Assembly (NCBI GenBank): GCA_964016885.1
Contig: OZ024741.1
Coordinates: 28,086,001 to 28,150,000 of the forward strand
From: Eledone cirrhosa
Lineage: Eukaryota
Direction: 5' to 3'
Length of the DNA: 64,000 nt
Shown here: positions 62,129-64,000 of the stretch, in pieces
How positions within the stretch are numbered: the stretch's first letter is position 1
Layout of the letters: each line of letters begins with the position of its first letter
Made by a program: the position numbers and the translations under genes
The notes under the pieces: generated by a model
What the model was told of the DNA's origin: nothing
Database searches by the model: none
What the model saw: only the letters and a program-made list of their open reading frames with translations

Positions 62129-64000
62129 ACAATTTCAAACCTAAATTCCTCAAAAAATGTTTTAGTCCACTCTGACAAAACCAATAATTTATATGGTATT
62201 TCCAAGGATAACTATAACAACCTTATCCTAAAGGAACTTAGGAAAAAATATCGTAAAACCAACCATGATAATTTAGAATCCATAAACTTTGAAGCCTCTG
62301 AGATTATGTCAAAACTTGGCATCGGAAAAAGACCGAACCATTCCTCCCAAGAACTCCGAGGATAAATCTCAAGGATCACAAAAACAATTTTCGTACTGAA
62401 CTACCTGTTAGATTAATCGCCCCCTCTAAATCAGATCTGGGGGCTATTAGTAAAGCCATCTTGGATAGAATTATCCCACAGGTTCGTTCTAATTGCTCTT
62501 CTTTGAACTTAAATTTATGGTTTGGTACTTCTGAAGTGATTGGCTGGTTCAACAAATTGAATAATAAAAACAAACTAAAATTTATTCAATTTGATATTGC
62601 CAGCTACTATTCTTCTATTTCGCCTTCACTTCTCAACAATGCTCTATCTTTCGCATTTAAATATTCTGACATCACCACAGATGAACTTCACATCATTCTC
62701 ACCGCACGTAAAACCATCCTAGAATTCAACAATGAATATTGGACAAGCGCTGATACCTCTAACAACTTCGACATCACAATGGGAGCATCCGATTCATCCC
62801 AATTGACAGATTTAATTGGTATCTTTATTTTGAACTCTTTGAGTCGAAAAATTCCTCACCTTCGCGGTGGAATTTATCGTGACGATGGACTCTTTACTAT
62901 CTTAAATTGCAACATAGTTAACCTTAATATTATTAAGAACAATATACGTAATCTCTTTAACCAACATAACCTAAAAATTGAATTTGATAACAGCATCAAA
63001 CTAGCTAATTTCTTGGATGTATCTCTTAATCTTAACACTGGCCTATATTACCCTTACCATAAAAACAATGAGAACCTAAATTATGTTAATTTTAGATCTA
63101 ACCACCCAACTAATATTAAGAATGCTATAGTTAGTAATATTGGAAAAAGAATATCTAACCTATCTTCTAATAAAAATATCTTTGATGCTAACGCCAATTA
63201 GTATAATAACGTGTTTTCTAAAGCCAGCTATCCTGATAAAATCAAATATAGTAAAGAAACAAATTCTAGAAGATCTTACAGTAGAATAATTAATCATGAT
63301 CATTCCAATAACTTTAATAAAAGACCTAGATACAAAAACATAATCTGGTATAATGCTCCTTTCTCCATCTCTATTAATAATAATATTCCTAAATTATTCT
63401 TTAGTGCCTTAAATAAATGCTTCCCTCCCTCACATGTCTATAGTAAAATATTTAACAAACACACTATAACATTTTCCTATTCGACATCCTCCAAACATTT
63501 CCAACATTATCTCTAAACACAACAATAAAATACTAAATACTAAATCTCTTCCTTCCAACACTGAATATCATAATAATAGTAATAGTACTCTCGACGTCAT
63601 TGTAAACTCTAGGCTAATTTATGCAAACCCAAATACAACGTCAAACACAACTTCGCTAAATGTTCTTAATCCCATTCTAAATCAAGAAACTATTATTCCT
63701 ATCGCAAATAACTTCTCCAATCCAATTCCTTCTATAGATAATACTAGGTCACTCGTTAATAATCTCTCTAATCGCAATTGCAATTGCCCTGTTAAAAATA
63801 AATGTCCTCTCAACAACCATTGTCTTGATAAAAACTTAATCTACGAATGTAAAGTTATAACTGACACCAATTCCTTCACCTATTTTGGCTCCACTTCCAC
63901 CTCCTTTAAAGCTCGTCTTTATAATCATCATTCGTCTTTTAAATACCAACTTAAAAGAACCAACACGGCTCTCTCAGAACTCATATGGTCCTTGAAAGAC
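62126..64000 (+). mobile_element. Naiad-type Penelope RT + GIY-YIG, disrupted, running off the window edge
   Basis: DKTNNLY, KDHKNNF..VRLIAPSKSDLG, QFDIASYYSSI, FDITMGASD, IYRDDGL, NFLDVSL, SNHP, IWYNAPFS. Contains stops and frameshifts. Confidence 0.9.

Overview
AT-rich eukaryotic DNA saturated with microsatellites and transposons. The tRNA-derived SINE family and (TA)n/(CA)n/(TACA)n density suggest a cephalopod such as Octopus (inference). No host gene is supported, and most ORF-track entries are microsatellite artefacts. Main contents: a decayed R4/Dong-like RT-RLE retrotransposon in (TACA)n (412-2953); a 12-kb array of a 26-bp satellite with kb-scale higher-order duplications (4087-16178); about 10 SINE copies; at least 7 Penelope-like (RT + GIY-YIG) insertions of several lineages, often as head-to-head inverted pairs; a GC-rich CRE-like RT-RLE element with an N-terminal PHD finger; and RTE-like fragments. 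Reading by eye shows more than 20 hammerhead-ribozyme (HHR) motifs. They lie in Penelope termini and in non-coding, greater-than-unit-length repeats of about 309, 336, 615, 630 and 818 bp anchored in (TA)n, which look like retrozymes. The most unusual signal is two sequence-divergent, fully covarying, non-circularly permuted (pseudoknotted) hammerheads at 27909-27990 (-) and 32931-33015 (+). All RNA structures were folded by eye and are untested.
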